Assembly: GCA_002269645.1 (NCBI GenBank)
Contig: NIVC01004782.1
Location: 1-35,089 of the forward strand
Length of the DNA stretch: 35,089 bases
Reading direction: 5' to 3'
Source of the DNA: Macrostomum lignano
Taxonomy: Eukaryota
Position numbers and translations under genes: made by a program. Under the pieces are notes generated by a model that was not told the origin of the DNA, ran no database searches, and saw nothing but the letters and a program-made list of their open reading frames with translations. Positions 34,201 to 35,089 of the stretch are shown piece by piece. Each line of letters opens with the position of its first letter. Position 1 is the stretch's first letter.

Positions 34201-34444
34201 CCAGCAGTGCTGCAAAGGCGACAGTCTAGACAGTGCCAAACTGGTAATTTGCTGACTGCTGAACTCTTCTTCTACAACCCTGCTTTTGTGAATCAGTCTA
34301 TTTGGTTTGCAGTGCTGTGTATTTTTTCGTTTGATCACTGTGCCAACCGTGGTATTCAATAATCTGCTTCTGTATTCAAGCATCTGATTCAGTCAATCTT
34401 CTTTCTTTTCTCTCGACTGCAACTCGCTATCTGGCCTGCAAATC

Positions 34445-35089
34445 ATGGCTGATCGCATGCAAGACCAATCTGCTCATACAGCTGTTCGACCTGGAGCAGC
34501 CCCAGGCAAGGAGGCCAGCTCGGCTAAGCGAAATCCTAATATAGTGATGCGCCAGCCACCTGCCGAATCAGCAAATAGAAACTCGTCCGATTTGGATGGC
34601 GACAATATTCAACCGCCTCAGCAGCCGCCGCCAGTTGCACCGAAGCCTAAGGGCAAGAAAAAGGATAAGAAAGAGAAAGACAAAGACAGAGACAGAGAGA
34701 AGAAAAAGAAAAAAGACAAGGATAGGGACTCTGCTTCATCGCCGCCAGTGCCACCGCCGCCAGTAGCGCAGCCACCACTGCAGAAAGAGCCGCCCCCATC
34801 AGTGCAGCCAATGCCTTCTCAGGCACCGCCGCCACAGACACAGCCTGCGCCACCACAGCCGAAACCGCGCTCTCACGCTTTGCCTACAGACGGTGCCGTC
34901 ACCGAAGCAACTGCCTTCGCCTACTCTACCGCCTCCCCAACCAGCGCAGGCGCAGCAGCAGTTGCGATCTTCGTCTCTGCCTCGCAATCAACCGCGTAAA
35001 TGCGAGCGGATCCACCAGCGGAGCTGTTATCACATCCGCTGCCTCCTATGTTGCCTAATGCCGCAGTCGCTGCTGCAGCAAGCAAGCCG
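34445..35089 (+). CDS. N-terminus of an unknown Pro/Gln-rich protein with a Lys/Asp/Arg-rich, NLS-like tract; probably continues past the window
   Basis: ATG 34445 after an acceptor CCTCACAG at 34075. PPQQPPPVAPKPKGKKKDKKEKDKDRDREKKKKKDKDRD and Pro-rich composition. The tracked ORF stops at 34999, but composition suggests compensating indels (see findings). Confidence 0.6.

Overview
Eukaryotic (animal) genomic DNA: GC-rich, low-complexity exons in AT-rich, repeat-laden introns with GT-AG splicing. The style suggests an invertebrate, probably a free-living flatworm such as Macrostomum (my inference, not verified). Supported genes: a BTB-BACK-Kelch adaptor (+, about 9743-12577), a six-exon PP2A regulatory B'' subunit gene (-, 26365 to 14212), VPS28 (-, 27921 to 27079), the start of a Pro/Lys-rich protein (+, 34445 to the window end) and possibly the first coding exon of a gene leaving the left edge (-). 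Repeats: a decayed RTE-type LINE reverse transcriptase, a rearranged mariner fragment, several MITE/foldback elements (one with a 9-bp and one with an 8-bp target-site duplication), a ~500-bp (GACA)n tract and four tandem arrays (21, 28, 43 and ~55 bp units). The most striking observation is a -1 frame break in the Kelch gene exactly at U_UUU_UUA, the HIV-1-type slippery heptamer, with a possible stem 8 nt downstream. However, the PP2A gene and probably the last gene also show single-base frame breaks with no slippery site, so consensus error or decay of a duplicated copy are at least as likely. All alignments, translations and folds were done by eye; no database search was run.
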